64,000 nt of DNA from Squalus acanthias. Lineage: Eukaryota. Under the pieces are notes generated by a model. The model made no database searches and had not been told where the DNA came from. It saw only the letters and a list, made by a program, of their open reading frames with translations. Position numbers and translations under genes: made by a program. The DNA lies in the NCBI GenBank assembly GCA_030390025.1, contig CM059432.1:75084001-75148000 (forward strand), in the 5' to 3' direction. Below are positions 11,306 to 25,075 of this stretch, piece after piece (the first letter of the stretch is position 1; each line of letters opens with the position of its first letter).

Positions 11306-14300
11306 CAAAGAAGCAGCAGCAGCAGCCAACTTCCTGGCATCATGGGTGGCTCTGCTGCACAGGCTGGGAGGAAAAAGTGTGGAAGAGCTATAGTGATAGG
11401 GGACTCAATCGTAAGGGGAATAGATAGGCGTTTCTGCGGCCGCAAACGAGACTCCAGGATGGTGTGTTGCCTCCCTGGTGCAAGGGTCAAGGACGTCTCA
11501 GAGCGGCTACAGAACATTTTGGAGGGGGAGGGCGAACAGCCAGTTGTCGTGGTGCACATAGGCATCAACGATATAGGTAAAAAACGGGATGAGGTCCTAA
11601 AAGCAGAATATAGGGAGTTAGGAGGTAAATTAAAAAATAGGACCTCAAAAGGTAGTAATCTCAGGATTGCTACCAGTGCCACGTGCTAGTCAGAGTAGAA
11701 ATAGGAGGATATTTCAAATGAATACATGGCTAGAGGAATGGTGCAAGGGGGAGGGATTCAAATTCCTTGGACATTGGAACCGGTTCTGGGGGAGGTGGGA
11801 CCAGTACAAACGGGACGGTCTGCACCTGGGCAGGGCCGGGACCAATGTCCTAGGGGGAGTGTTTGCTAGTGCTGTTGGGGAGGGTTTAAACTAAAATGGC
11901 AGGGGTTGGGAACCTGAGCAGGGAGACAGAGGAAAGGGAAACAAGGATAAAAGCAAAAGACAGGAAGGAGAAAAACCAAAAGTAGAAGGCAAAGAACTCA
12001 ACGGTTTAAATCAAACATGGTCACAGTAAATAATAATTCATATAGGTCTGAGAGCGTTAAAATAACAAGCCTGAAGGCTTTGTGTCTTAATGCAAGGAGC
12101 ATTCGGAACAAGGTGGATGAATTAGCTGCGCAAATAGAGGTAAATGAATACGATTTGATTGGGATTACAGAAACATGGCTCCAGGGTGGCCAAGGCTGGG
12201 AACTCAACATCCAGGGGTATTCAATATTTAGGAAAGATAGGCAAAAAAGAAAAGGAGGTGGGGTAGCATTGCTGGTTAAAGAGGGGATTAACACAATTGA
12301 AAGGAAGGATATTAGCTCTGATGATGCGGAATCTGTATGGGTAGAACTGAGAAATAACAAGGGGCAGAAAACGTTAGTGGGAGTGGTATATAGACCTCCA
12401 AACAGTAATACGGAGGTTGGGGACGGCATTAAAAGGGAAATTAGAGAAGCATGCAGTAAGGGCACAGCAGTCATCATGGGTGACTTTAATTTACATATAG
12501 ATTGGGCTAACCAAATTAGTAAAAATACTGTGGAGGAAGAATTCCTAGAATGTTTACGGGATGGTTTTCGGGAACAATATGTCGAGGAACCAACCAGAGA
12601 TCAGGCCATCTTAGACTGGGTATTATGTAAAGAGAAAGGATTAATTAGCAATCTTGTTGTACGAGGCCCCTTGGGTCAGAGTGATCATAATATGATAGAA
12701 TTCTTCATTAGGATGGAGAGTGAAGTAGTTGAATCAGAGACTAGGGTCCTGAATTTAAATAAAGGAAACTACGATGGTATGAGGCGCGAATTAGGTAGGA
12801 TTGATTGGGGAATGTCACTCAAAGGGTTGACGGTGGATAGGCAATGACAAACATTCAAAGACTGCATGGATGAACTACAGAATTTGTTCATCCCAGTGTG
12901 GCATAAGAATAAAACAAAAAGGGTGACTCAACCGTGGCTAACAAGGGAAATTAGGGATAGCATAAGATCCAAGGAGAGGACATATAAATTGGCCAGAAAA
13001 AGCAGTAACCCTGAGGATTGGGAGCAGTTTAGGATTCAACAAAGGAGGACAAAGGGATTAATTAAGAAGGGGAAAATAGAATATGAAATTAAGCTTGCAG
13101 GGAACATAAAAACTGACTAAGAGCTTTTATAGATATGTGAAGAGAAAAAGATTAGTGAAATCAAGTGTAGGTCCCTTGCAGTCAGAAGCGGGGGAAGTTA
13201 TAATGGGGAACAAAGAAATGGCAGACCAATTAAATGCATATTTTGGTTCTGTCTTCACAAAGGAGGACACAAATAACCTCCCTTGTTGGAGAACATAGGG
13301 TCTGATGAAAGGGAGGAACTGAAAGAAATCAGTATTTGCAGGGAAATTGACGGGATTGAAGGCCGATAAATCCCCAGGGCCTGATAATCTACATCCTAGG
13401 GTACTTAAGGAAGTGGCCCTAGAAATAGTAGATGCATTGCTGATCATCTTCCAACATTCGATGGAATCTGGAACTGTACCCATGGATTGGAGGGTAGCTA
13501 ATGTTACCCCACTATTCAAAAAGGGTGGTAGAGAGAAAGTGGGGAATTACAGACCGGTAAGCCTGACATCGGTAGTGGGGAAAATGCTAGAGTCCATTAT
13601 AAAGGATGTAATAGCTGAGCACTTGAAAAACAGTGACAGGATCGGACAAAGTCAACATGGATTTACAAAAGGTAAATCGTGCTTGACTAATCTACTGGAA
13701 TTTTTTGAGGATGTAACTGGGAAAATAGATAAGGGAGAACCAGTAGATGTGGTGTATTTGGACTTTCAAAAGGCTTTCGATAAGGTCCCACATAAGAGAT
13801 TAGCGTGTAAAGTTAAGGCACATGGGATTGGGGGCAAGGTATTGACTTGGATAGAGAACTGGTTGGCGGACAGAAAGCAGAGAGTAGGAATTAATGGGTC
13901 TTTTTCCGAGTGGCAAGCAGTGACTAGTGGGGTACTGCAGGGTTCGGTCCTTGGACCCCAGCTATTCACAATATACATTAATGATCTAGATAAGGGAACT
14001 AAATGTAATATCTCCAAGTTTGCAGATGACACAAAACTGGCTGGGCGTGTGTGCTGCGAGGAGGATACTGAGAAACTCCAGGATGATTTGGACAGGTTGG
14101 GTGAGTGGGCAGAAGCGTGGCAGATGCAATATAACGTGGATAAATGCGAGGTTATCCACTCTGGTGTCAAAAACAGAAAGGCAGACTATTATCTGAGTGG
14201 CAATAGATTGGGAGAAGGGGAAGTGCAATGAGACCTGGGTGTCCTTGTGCACCAGTCGCTGAAGGTAAGCATGCAGGTGCAGCAGGCGGTGAAGGCGGCA

Positions 14301-14947
14301 AATGGTATGTTGGCCTTCATAGCGAAAGGGTTTGAGTATAGGAACAGGGATGTCCTGCTGCAGTTGTACAGGGCCTTGGTGAGACCACACCTTGAGTACT
14401 GTGTGCAGTTTTGGTCGCCTTATCTGAGGAAGGATGTTCTTGCCATGGAAGGAGTTCAGCAAAGATTCACAAGGCTGATACCTGGGATGGCAGGAATGAC
14501 ATATGAGGAGAGATTGGGTCGATTGGGCTTATACTCGCTGGAGTATAGAAGAATGAGAGGGGATCCCATCGAAACATATAAAATTCTGACAGGTCTGGAC
14601 AAACTAGATGCAGGAAGAATGTTCCCGATGGTCGGAGAGTCCAGAACCAGTGGTCATAATCTAAGGATAACGGGTAAGCCATTTAGGACAGAAATGAGGA
14701 AGAATTTCTTCACCCAGAGAGTGGTGAACCTGTGGAATTCTCTGCCACAGAAGGTAGTTGAGGCCAAGTCATTAAATATATTCAAGAATGAGTTAGATAT
14801 ATTTCTTAAAGCTAAAGGTATCAAGGGATATGGGGAGAAGGCAGGTACAGGGTACTGAGTTTGGATGATCAGCCATGATCTCATCGAATGGCGGAGCAGG
14901 CTCGAGGGGCCGAATGGCCTACTCCTGCTCCTATCTTCCATGTTTCT
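11306..14947 (+). mobile_element. Near-complete CR1 LINE: ORF1 SGNH-esterase part plus ORF2 APE endonuclease and RT, inactivated by stops and frameshifts
   Basis: ORF1 IVIGDS...CLPGA...HIGINDI...DGLHL. ORF2 NARSI, ITETW, GVVYRPP, MGDFN, SDH, KSPGPD, YLDFQKAFDKVPH, KFADDTK. Stops at 12845, 13118, 14229. Imperfect 14-bp direct repeat AAGACACAGTAGGT / AAGACATAATAGGT at 11292-11305 and 14948-14961. Confidence 0.95.
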
Positions 14948-17046
14948 AAGACATAATAGGTAGTGTTCATCTTGATCTGATTTTGATAAATGACCCAGAG
15001 GACATAATGAAAAAGAAAGTTGCAGGACCCTTATGGAACAGGGATCACAGAATGATTACATTCAACATCATCCAGATTCAGAAATACTGAAAATCAAGAG
15101 CTGGGTATGTAACTATAAATGGGCTTTAAATCAAAAATGAGAACAATTTAAGCAAATTGACTGGGGTAGGTTGTTCAACAACATTTCAATAGAGGACAAG
15201 TGGAGCAGCTTTAAAAGCATAATGTTGAGCATGCAGAATAAATGCACAGCTAAAGCCAGCAAGCTCAGACTAAACAGACACAACCTTCAACAGTGGGTGA
15301 ATATGAAAACATGCAGAAAAAATGTTTAAAGCATGTTGATCAGAGGGGCAAAGAAGGGACTAGAAGATAGCATAGCTGCAGAGGCAAAACACAACAGTAA
15401 GTTCTTACAGTGCTTCAACAGTAAGAGGGGAAGAATAGAAACAGGCTCGAAACAGATCACAAGCATAAAATAGCGAACATTCCGAATGATTACTTCTTTC
15501 AAGTATTCAGAAGAGAAAGAATACCCTCCCCAAATGGAGCTAATTCAGGCAAAATAAATCATAATTTTAAAAAAAACATTAAGAACATAAACTTGGGGAA
15601 GTTCATTAAAAGTTTACACTGCAACATTTCCTACACATCATCAGTAATACAGTACTTGGAAAATGTATTGTGCAGTTTGTGATTAGAAATAAAGTTTCTG
15701 GGTACTTGAATGGATTTCAGAGAAGAAATGTCATCTTCTAGAGCGTTAGAAACTTCTTGGTGAGGAAACAAAAGGGGAGGTTTTTTTTAAAATTATGGAA
15801 CAAAATCCAATGTTCTAAAAATGGTTTCTTGGAAGAATAAAAATTGCATCATTCCATCACAGACCAAGTCATTATCAACTAGTTAAAGTTGGGTTGATGG
15901 CAGAGTTTAACACAAAAAATTCAATGAGTATAATACTGGGATTTTCGTAACCATTCAAGAATTCAATCAAGCAACCGGTTCATATACTAGGCTTGGCTCA
16001 GCTTCAGCAGTCCTTCAACATTATATTACGTTTTTTGTGTTAGAATATTATTGAAGTTTATATTTATAATTAGGCAGGGCAAAAGTTGGATGACATAATA
16101 GTTGACTCAGGTTGACTTATCAAATATTGAGATTCAGGATGGGGGTCAAGGGGAAGAAACACAGAATAATCAATGAATCACCATCATCTTAACCTCAATT
16201 CCAGAAAAAATTAGACATAAAACCCTATTAATTCTCCCTTCCACATAACAGGTAAGTCTGATGAAAATAAATAAGTGTAGTAAGCAAACTTCTCATTAAT
16301 GATCTGGAGAATTTTATATGGGCATTTTAAGGAGCAGAACAATCTTCATGAAAAAATGTTTGAAACCCACTTTCATTCGTTTGCAAATGCACAATGGGAT
16401 ACAAATATGTTTTATGTAATTTACGATGATTTACTTACTGCCCATTCTCAGTCAATTCTTGCCCACCGCTATTTTCCTGGGGCTTCTACACGGGTGGCCC
16501 AGGCACCTGCCTGCTTCAGGCAGAAGCCTCATTCCAATGTGCTAATCAGTACCCTGACACAATTTGCTTTAATTGCAAATTCAGGCACTGATCACACCAT
16601 TTTACCATAGAGAAGTGTTTTAGTTGTTTTACCAGCTTTTATCCCGTGACCATCGGCCATGTCTCACCCAGGACTTTAAAAAAGTGTCAAATTATCACTG
16701 CATTTTCCAGTAGCTGTAGGAAGAATGGAAAACCAGAGCTCAAATTTTGAATTAATTACCCATCTCCTGTACGCTTTTTCTCAAGTCACTGAAAGTAGTT
16801 CATCTTCGACTTATAGATATGCGCCTATCCAAAATACAAGAAACCAAAGAACACGATGCATTTTTACTTTTTAATCCTCACAGAAGTATGCAATCCACAA
16901 GATCTCCAGGGAATACAAAGCCTTATTCTGGATTCATACCAACTCTTTTACAGAGGAGACCATGGAAGACTGAAGGCAAATGTATATTAAAAATGAACAA
17001 AGTACTTCATCTGTGGATTAGGGGGAAAAAAGGAGAATACAGCTCA

Positions 17047-18168
17047 CAGGGTTGGGGGTAATATATTAGCATGGATAGAGGATTGATAACTAACAGAAAA
17101 GAGAGTCGGGATAAATGGGTAATTTTCAGGTTGGCAAACTGTAACTAGTGGGGTGCCACAGGGATTAGTGCTGGGGCCTCAACTAGTTACAATCTATATT
17201 AATGACTTGGATGAAGGGACTGAGTGTAATGTAACCAAATTTACTGATGATACAAAGATAGGTGGGAAAGCAAATTGTGTGGGCGATGCAAAGAATCTCC
17301 AAAGGGATATAGATAGGCTAAGTGAGTGGGCAAAAATATGGCAGATGGAGTTTAATGTGGGAAAATGCGAGGTTATCCACTTTGGTAGGAAAAAGAAAAA
17401 AGCAAATTATTTTTTTTAAATGGGGAGAGATTACAAAATGCTGAGGTACAGAGGGATCTGGGGGTCCTTGTACAAAAAGTTAGCATGCAGGTACAGCAAG
17501 TAATTAGGAAGGCAAATGGAGTGTTGGCCTTTATTGCAAAGGGAATGGGGTATAAAAGTAGGGAAGTCCTGTTACAACTGTACAGGGCGTTGGCGAGACC
17601 ACACCTAGGTGGAGTACTGCGTACAGTTTTGGTCTCCTTATTTAAGGAAGGATATACTTGCATTGGAGGCAGTTCAGAGAAGGTTCATGAGGTTGATTCC
17701 AGAGATGAAGGGGTTGTCTTATGAAGAAAGGTTGAGCAGGTTGGGTCTATACTCATTGGAGTTTAGAAGAATGAGAGGCGATCTTATTGAAACATATAAG
17801 ATTCTGAAGAGGCTTGACAGGGTAGATGCAGAGAGGATGTATCCCCTCGTGGGGGAATCTAGAACTAGGGGGCATAATTTCAGAATAAGGGGGCACCCTT
17901 TTAAATCAGAAATGAGGAGGAATTTCTTCTCTGAGGGTCGTGAATCTTTGGAATTCTCTTCCCCAGAGAGCTGTGGAGGTTGGGTCATTGAATATATTTA
18001 AGGTGGAGATAGAGAGATTTTTGAATGGTAAGGGAGTCAAGGGTTATGGGGAGCGGGCAGGGAAGTGGAGTTGAGGCCAAGATCAGATCAGCCATGATCG
18101 TATTGAATGGCAGAGCAGGCTCGAGGGGCCAAATGACCTACTCCTGCTCCTACGTCTTATGTTCTTAT
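17047..18168 (+). mobile_element. CR1 LINE 3' fragment
   Basis: PQGLVLGP, KFTDDTK, EYCVQFWSPYLRKD motifs and the CR1 3' tail. Confidence 0.9.
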
Positions 18169-18273
18169 GAAACCATTATAGCTGTATTCTGCTACAATAG
18201 ACTATTGCTACAATGGACAACAATTTTTTTTTGAAGGTGCTAGAGGCTGCATGGACCACAAAAGGATATGATA

Positions 18274-18811
18274 AAGTAGAAATTGGATCTCACTGAATAA
18301 AATAGGTGCAACGAGACCCAATTTCAATGACCAATATCCTGTGTCTCAAGGATGCCTGTAAAATGTCCGACCCAATATTGGGTCAGGCCATTTTTCAGGC
18401 ACCTCGGGTAGCTGCCTTAAACAGGCATTAGGATCCTTGCAAGTGCTAATGAGGTGCCCAACGCCAGTTTGAGATGGAAAGGTTAAATTTAAATTTATTT
18501 TTTTTAAATACTGATTTGGACCCAGAAGGAGGCACATTCCCGTGGCTATACGGCACTTTTGATGGCCACGATCAGTCCCCCTCCCGCTGCCCTCCGCCAA
18601 CCAGGACTTACCCAAAGGCCACTGCCAGAGAGGCAGGCGGCCCGAAATTCGCTTATTCAGTTGGACGAGCTGACTGTGGATGCACAACTGGCACCGGCAA
18701 TATTTAGATGAAGCCTAAGGACTAATCTTTTGTGATCCTCAGGCCTCTGTCTTTGGATGCTCCCTTGCATCCATTAGGCGCCTAAAAATTGGCCTGAACG
18801 AATTTCAAGCC
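18274..18811. mobile_element. Degenerate MITE-like element
   Basis: Ends AAGTAGAAATTGG / CGAATTTCAAGCC resemble the other TIRs. ATA on both flanks. GC-rich interior. Confidence 0.45.
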
Positions 18812-20769
18812 ATATATCTTGCACACTGCTACCTAACCTGGAGCATTTGTGCTTTGGATCCTAACTGAATCATGTTCGATTGGCAGCGATTGGTATGGAG
18901 GATTCAGCAATGTATGGAGAAAGGACCTTTTTTTCAGGATCATGTTCCAACATTTTAAGAGTTCGTATGGGTCTTCTTGGTAGAGTTTTGACTGGGCCGT
19001 GTGCTGAAAAGTCATGTGATTTAAGAAACCAAGTCCAAAGTCCACTGGCAGGATGTGTAACTTTTTAATCTAATGGACCAATATCAAGGAGGGCGGAGTA
19101 CAGCACCGCCTGAAGAAGTAGCGACCATGCTGCAACCACAGAATTCAAAAGAATAAAACATTAAATATCAACAGGATTTGGTTTGGCCAGATTTCAAACT
19201 GCAATTCAGCACTTAATAGCTTAAAAGTTTTGTTATTTAGTATCAATATGTGCATGTTCCCTTCTGGCCTAGGTTGCAGAGAATTTGACCATTCTTGGTC
19301 AATTTCTAGTAGGTGTGTTATGAAAATGACGTTGCCTACGTTATAGAAATGTATGATATAAATAATGGAAAAGCAGAAAACTTTAAATACTCCAGTCTAA
19401 GTGAATCTGTATGTGCTAACACTCAGTGGGGTAAGTGTCTTGTGATGCTGGGGTTGAGCAAATGCAATGTATAACAGTTTCTTCCCAGTGGCTCACAGTG
19501 CTTCCTTTCCCAAATTAAAACCGAAAACATTCATGAAGGTTATATTGTGTTTCTTGTCATCAAAAGCTAACAAAAAAATCTGACATCAAAATTGCCAGTG
19601 ACATATTGGTGCTTTTGATATTTCCTAAGTAGCACTAAAACTGCACACACATCCAAAACAAAGAAAATTGAAAGCACCAGTTATTAACGTTTAAATACTA
19701 ATTGGGTTATAAATGAACACAAGCTGGTTTATACTGTTTTGTTGCAATTATGATTCATGTTCCTAAAACCAAAAACTCAAAACCGATCCTGAGGATACAT
19801 GAAAATATTCACAAGAATTACAGCAAACACGCAGATGAAAGTTATATTGTAACCATCATTAATAGCAGTGCAGAACAAAGCAGTTAAAGATCTCAAGTCA
19901 AAAAGGTAACATCCAGATTCCCAATATTTCAGTTTTCTTATGGTAATTCACAATAGTCCGAGAAGATACATAAAGCTGCTGACAGACATATTTAAACATT
20001 TAACTTTAAAATCGCACTTAAGAGATAAGCAAAAATAATCTGGAACCTACCATTCTCTGTATAAGCTTTAGGTAACAGATATCTGACACAATAGCTATCA
20101 ACTCAAATTGCAGCTGGTCTCTAACTGCCCCTATGCACTTTGTGGGCTATCTCAATTTAAGTAAGGCAAATGTGATGCACCTGTCTCATGAAGTGGTAAT
20201 GTGTCCCTGAATATTGTCCATTTTATTAAATTAGGTTAACTGCTGTGCATGTTAATTATTTTGTGCACATCATTAAATTATACATTAATGATTGATTTAA
20301 AAGATTAATGCACTAATAATAGAATTAATTCTTCTCTCCAGTGGTAATCATTGTTCAGTTCTATAAACCTGATTGATATTAAACTGGCACTGCATTATTT
20401 AATTTACATCAAGTAGAAGAATGTCCAAGGCATTACATTACAGAGTAAAATATTTACAGATTAAAATACCTACAGGCAGTAACCAGAAGCCAACAATGTT
20501 GAAAAGCTAAGAGTTGGCTGGCACATAAAATATTTTGTCAGAAGCATTTGCTTAAAATGACCATTACATAGTTTTGCAATGCACAGTAACAATTGAGACC
20601 CAAACACAATCAAACAAATCTGGTTTACCCAAGCCACTATTTATCTGGGAACCTTGCAGTGAGAGTTCTTCGGTTTGTCGATTATGTTCCAACTTAATGC
20701 TTTTTCTATTTTCTTGGAGGAAACTATATTAAAATAGCCGAGTTACACTGAAAATTAATTTTGTTTTTA

Positions 20770-21930
20770 TTTATTCACAGGATGTGGACGTCATCGGCAA
20801 GGCCAGCATTTACTGTCCATCCCTAATTGCCCTCGAGAAGGTGGCGGTGAGCCGCCTTCTTGAATACAACTGAGTGGCTTGCTAAGCTATTTCAGAGGGC
20901 AGTTAAGAGTCAACCACATTGCTGTGGGTCTCGAGTCACATATAGGCCAGACCGGGTAAGATCACAATTATGGATACTAGCTTTTTATTCCAGATTTATT
21001 TAGTTGAATTTAAATTCCCCAGCTGCCGTGGTGGGATTTGAACTCATGTCTCTGGATCATTAGTCCAGGCCTTTGGATTACTAATCCAGTGACAAACACT
21101 ATGGGGGGAATTTTCCCAGCCCTGGGGAGGCGGGTATGGAGGTGGGACTGCCGGGAAAATGTCAGAAACTGGGAGCGGGTACCAACCCACCTCCGTGCCA
21201 TCTTCCCGGGAGGCGGGTTCCCGAGTCGCGCAGGGACCCGTCTCCTCGAGGCGGGAAGGGGATTAGAGCCAATTAACTGCCTGTTAACAGGGCAGTTTTG
21301 AGGCTTTTTCCCCATTTTACGCCTGCAATTGCGGGCTTCCTGACGGCTGCGAACCTCGCCAGGGTCAGCAAGGCGAGCAGTGGGTCTGCGGGGGTGAGAG
21401 GGGTCGAAATGTCAGCTGTAGAGGTGAGTAATGGGTGCAAGTGTGGACAGGTAAGTATAAGAGGTGAGAGTGTAAAGTGTTGGAAAAAGTTTCCTTACCT
21501 TTGCTACTTTCTGCAGGCTTCAACCTTTGAGGATCCGGAGTTGCCAACAGCAGAGATGACAGAATGGCTGCTGCATTCTCAGATGCAGCAGCCATCTGCT
21601 TTCTGCTGAGGAGAGAGGTCTTGGTGAGCCTGTGTGCAAGGGCTCACCTTAGAACATAAATTGTCAGTGTTGGACAGCTTCTCAAAGCTGTCAAACACTG
21701 ACAATTCATCTGTCAAAATTTTTGCGACAGATGAAGCGTCATACGCTGACATCATCTGTCACCGGCTTTCCCTTAATTGGCCGGTAAGCCCACAGGGCGG
21801 GCTTAACAAGGCCAATCAAGGGAAAATAGTGTGGGTTGGTCAGACGTCGATGGCGGCAGGACTGAAACCCGGAAACCAGAAGTCCTGCCTCCAGCACGTC
21901 TCCATTGAGAAAATCCATGCTACTGTACCT
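20770..21930 (-). mobile_element. SINE-like element with a LINE-derived 3' tail, interrupted by a GC-rich MITE-like insertion (about 21103-21916)
   Basis: Tail matches the 3' end of the 7031-9051 LINE. tRNA-like B-box (gggatttgaactc). Insert starts GGGGGGAATTTTCCC and ends GAGAAAATCC, with AT on both sides. Confidence 0.6.
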
Positions 21931-22296
21931 GGACTGACCTGAATTATCTTCATCTTGTGGTTTTACCAATGATGAGAAGTGATGTGGTACAATGAAGTGA
22001 TGATAAATTAAACAATGTAGCCCAAAATTACAAAAATGGGGGGAAAAAAATTCAAATGATAGAAAACTATAGATATTACTTGGTGTTTGTAGCAAAGCTT
22101 TTGAGATTAGCTTAGACTTTTAAAAAACATTTTTTTTACTCACTACCCTACCCATTGAAGAAGTTGACTAGAGTCAAATATTTTAAAATTATTGAGGGGC
22201 CATGCAGTTTATTTTCTGTAGAATTATGAAATGTCTTATGTTTCCTTTTGGTGCTCATAGATAATACAAAGTGCAAAACATGGAAAATGCAAATAC

Positions 22297-22341
22297 CTGA
22301 TGGCATTTCCTTTTGCTTAGCTTCTGATAGTGAAACCGTCT
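22297..22341 (-). CDS. ASPH: ASPH exon, 45 nt, ETVSLSEAKQKEMPS (last shared acidic-domain exon)
   Basis: cttgcttttcatag / gtattt, phase 1-1. Resembles human EEVSIFPVEEQQEVPP (recalled). Confidence 0.85.
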
Positions 22342-23075
22342 CTATGAAAAGCAAGTAACAAAAGAAAAACAGTGTTAATAAATTCTAATAGCTCAGGAGT
22401 CAATTAGTTTTAAAGTTAACATTTCAAAATATAATGTCCTTTTACTGGTACAATTCATTTGAAAGAAAAACAAGGTGGTGTGCTGGATGTTATGGTAGAT
22501 TAGCATGCTATTTATCACCTCTAGCAATAAGGTTCAAAACCCATCCAGATTGTTGGAACAAAAGCCCTCTCTCTGCAGAGTCCAAATATCCCAGGAGGTC
22601 TGAGCAATTTCACGTGGCATACAGTCTAAACAACAGAAAATATTTTATAATTCAGCAAAAATTGGCAAACTGATGGGTTATAAGGATAGCTGATGTTGGG
22701 ATGCTGCTCTAAAGTTTGAATTAAAGGACATTATTGGGCAGAGCAGAGGGAGCTTCATCTGAAACTGATTTGTTATACCAGAGTTGAGATCAGGTGAGCA
22801 AAAGGATGCTACACCAGTTTGATGTCGACACTGGGCTAAAGTGGAAATGTCCCAATCCCCAGCACTGATATCTCTCACCATGTTAACTACCAATATAAAC
22901 TTAAAAGGATCCACAACTGATCATTTTAGATATTCTTGTTTGCTTGAACAACTGTGTAGGTCAGGAACAAGGCAGCTGTAGTGTAAAAATAGCTATTTGT
23001 TCAGATGGAGGATCAGAGAATTATTACAAAACATGTAGATTAGTTGTTTTCAAAAGTTGGAACGTGCTAATTGAT

Positions 23076-23942
23076 TTCGCACCCTTGGTGTCATATTTGA
23101 CCCAGAGATGAGCTTCCGACCACACATCAGCTCCATCTCCAAGACCATCTACCTCCGCAACATCGCCCGACTCCACCCCTGCCTCAGCTCATCTGCTGCT
23201 GAAACACTCAACTATGCCTTTGCTACCTATAGACTTGACTATTCCAATACTCTGCTGGCTGGCCTCCCATCTTCCACCTACATAAACTTGAGCTCATCCA
23301 AAATTCTGCTGCCCGTTTCTTAACTCGCACCAAGTCCCACTTATCTAACACCCCTGTGCTCATTGACCTACATTGGCTCCCAGTCCGGCAATGCCTCAAT
23401 TTTTAAAATTCTCATCCTCGTTTTCAAATCTCTCCATGGCCTCGTGTCTCCCTATCTTTGTAACCTCCTCCAGTCCGACAACCCTCCGAGATATCTGCGC
23501 TCCTCCAATTCTGGGCTCTTGTGCATCCCTGATTTTAATCGCTCCACCGCTGGCAGCCGTGCCTTCAAGCTCTGGAATTCCCGCTCTAATCCTCTCCGTG
23601 CTCTACCAATGTTCCTTCTCATTTTTTTCCCCCATGCGTGGTCCTTTAAGTGGCTGCACTGCCCATTCAAATTTTCGTGCATGCACGGTTTCTTCCATTT
23701 AAATGCCGGTGAGTGGCCAGCGTGGGACCTCCAATCCACTGTGCGGTTGCGCAGCTTAGCAGGAACATTGCTCTCTACCATGGTCTCCTTCCTTTAAGAC
23801 GCTCCTCAAAAAGCTACCTCTGACCAAGCTTTTGGCCATCTGTCCTAATATCTCTGTGGGGCTCGGTGTCAAATTTGTCTGATAACGCTCCTTGGAACGT
23901 TTTACTACGTTAAAGGCGTTATATAAATGCAAGTTTTTGTGT
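23076..23942 (+). mobile_element. L2 LINE 3' fragment
   Basis: LRNIARL...RLDYSN.LLAGLP, FKILILVFKSLHG and the L2 tail. Confidence 0.9.
23607..23770. mobile_element. 164-bp hAT-like non-autonomous element nested in L2
   Basis: Perfect 10-bp TIRs CAATGTTCCT / AGGAACATTG. Flanks tgCTCTAC / ctCTCTAC, compatible with a decayed 8-bp TSD. Confidence 0.7.
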
Positions 23943-24971
23943 AGAATAGATTTTATATTTTCCAGCCTTAGCTTTACGCCAACAAATAAGTGTTGTCCCA
24001 TCCTGCTTCAAAACAGCACAAGTGTTGATTGAAAATTTCAAATTCAATTTTTTAATGAAAGACTACAACTCCCACTCAGTGCAGTTGTGTTATTATGCTG
24101 AGAAACACCAGTGAATTTTTCAGAATATTACATTAAAAATAAAAGTTAAATGTAACTGTAACATGCTTCCAGATTTTAAAACAATGATTCAATATATGGG
24201 ATGCTACATAGATTTTAAAGGCACAAAAAGCAGCATGGTGGCAAAGCATGACGGAGTTCCATTCACTCTGTCATGTACAGGTTCAAAATAGAATCACTTG
24301 AATTCCCCGCCGATTGAGTTTCCTATCTCACTCATGTTTTGCCGAGAACACACTGAGCAGGAACCTTACATGTCTTCTATTTTTTCTTTCCTTGATATGA
24401 AGAGAAATTACCCCATTCCATTCTGAAGCATCTTCTGGCATCTAGTTATAGTGCTTGGCAGCTTAGTAAGCAGCTTATCCTCGAGTGGGAAAGGTGCAGA
24501 CATAGCAGAAGAACCACAGAGAAAAAGAGGCAGAATAAGAAGTTAAAGAACCAATGCACAGCACTATAGAGCAGTGGGCTCTTGCGTGTGATACCTCACA
24601 CTGCTGCATTCCTTATTTCAACTGTGTCACTGTAGAAAAATAACCTGAGAGGTTTGATAATCTGTCCTAAAAAACAGGGTACGGAAAAAACCCTGAAATC
24701 CTCTCATTTTTTTTTTAAAGTTCTACCTCCCAAGTCACTGTGCCTCCAATTTGTACTCTCTTGTAAGGATGTAATGAAGGAGATAGCCTCCATTTGTCAC
24801 TAAAGTACAAGATCAGAGTTACCAAGGGGGTAAACTATGGATACGAATGTACTTCCTGCTAATCCACTGCACATTGCACTGGATCATAACATGCTCAGTC
24901 ACCATACCACCTGATAAACTGTTTCTTAAATTTAAGAAACAGTTTATGTAGCGGACAATATTTAGACATAC

Positions 24972-25016
24972 CATCAGATGTATCCTCTTGTAAACCAGCT
25001 GCTCCAACCTCCTCTT
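24972..25016 (-). CDS. ASPH: ASPH exon, 45 nt, EEEVGAAGLQEDTSD
   Basis: tttttttttaatattacag / gtatgt, phase 1-1, acidic. Confidence 0.85.
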
Positions 25017-25075
25017 CTGTAATATTAAAAAAAAAGCTGGTCACGCCGATAGAAAGCCAAGCCATAAATAATTCT

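Larger units (their letters stand above)
9960..15600 (+). mobile_element. Old, highly decayed CR1 endonuclease region split by two younger CR1 insertions
   Basis: GICYRPP and MGDF (9967-10058), EFVN...YDCFKTQ across the first insertion, then LDLIL...DHRMITF after 14965. Confidence 0.6.

Noticed and set aside
12017..14858. Longest ORFs (276, 294, 203 aa) as a host gene or active retrotransposon
   Set aside because: They are pieces of one CR1 ORF2 broken by stops and a frameshift.
24412..24441. 30-nt AG/GT-bounded segment
   Set aside because: Poor pyrimidine tract, and the phase-1 peptide DARRCFRMEW does not fit the acidic domain.
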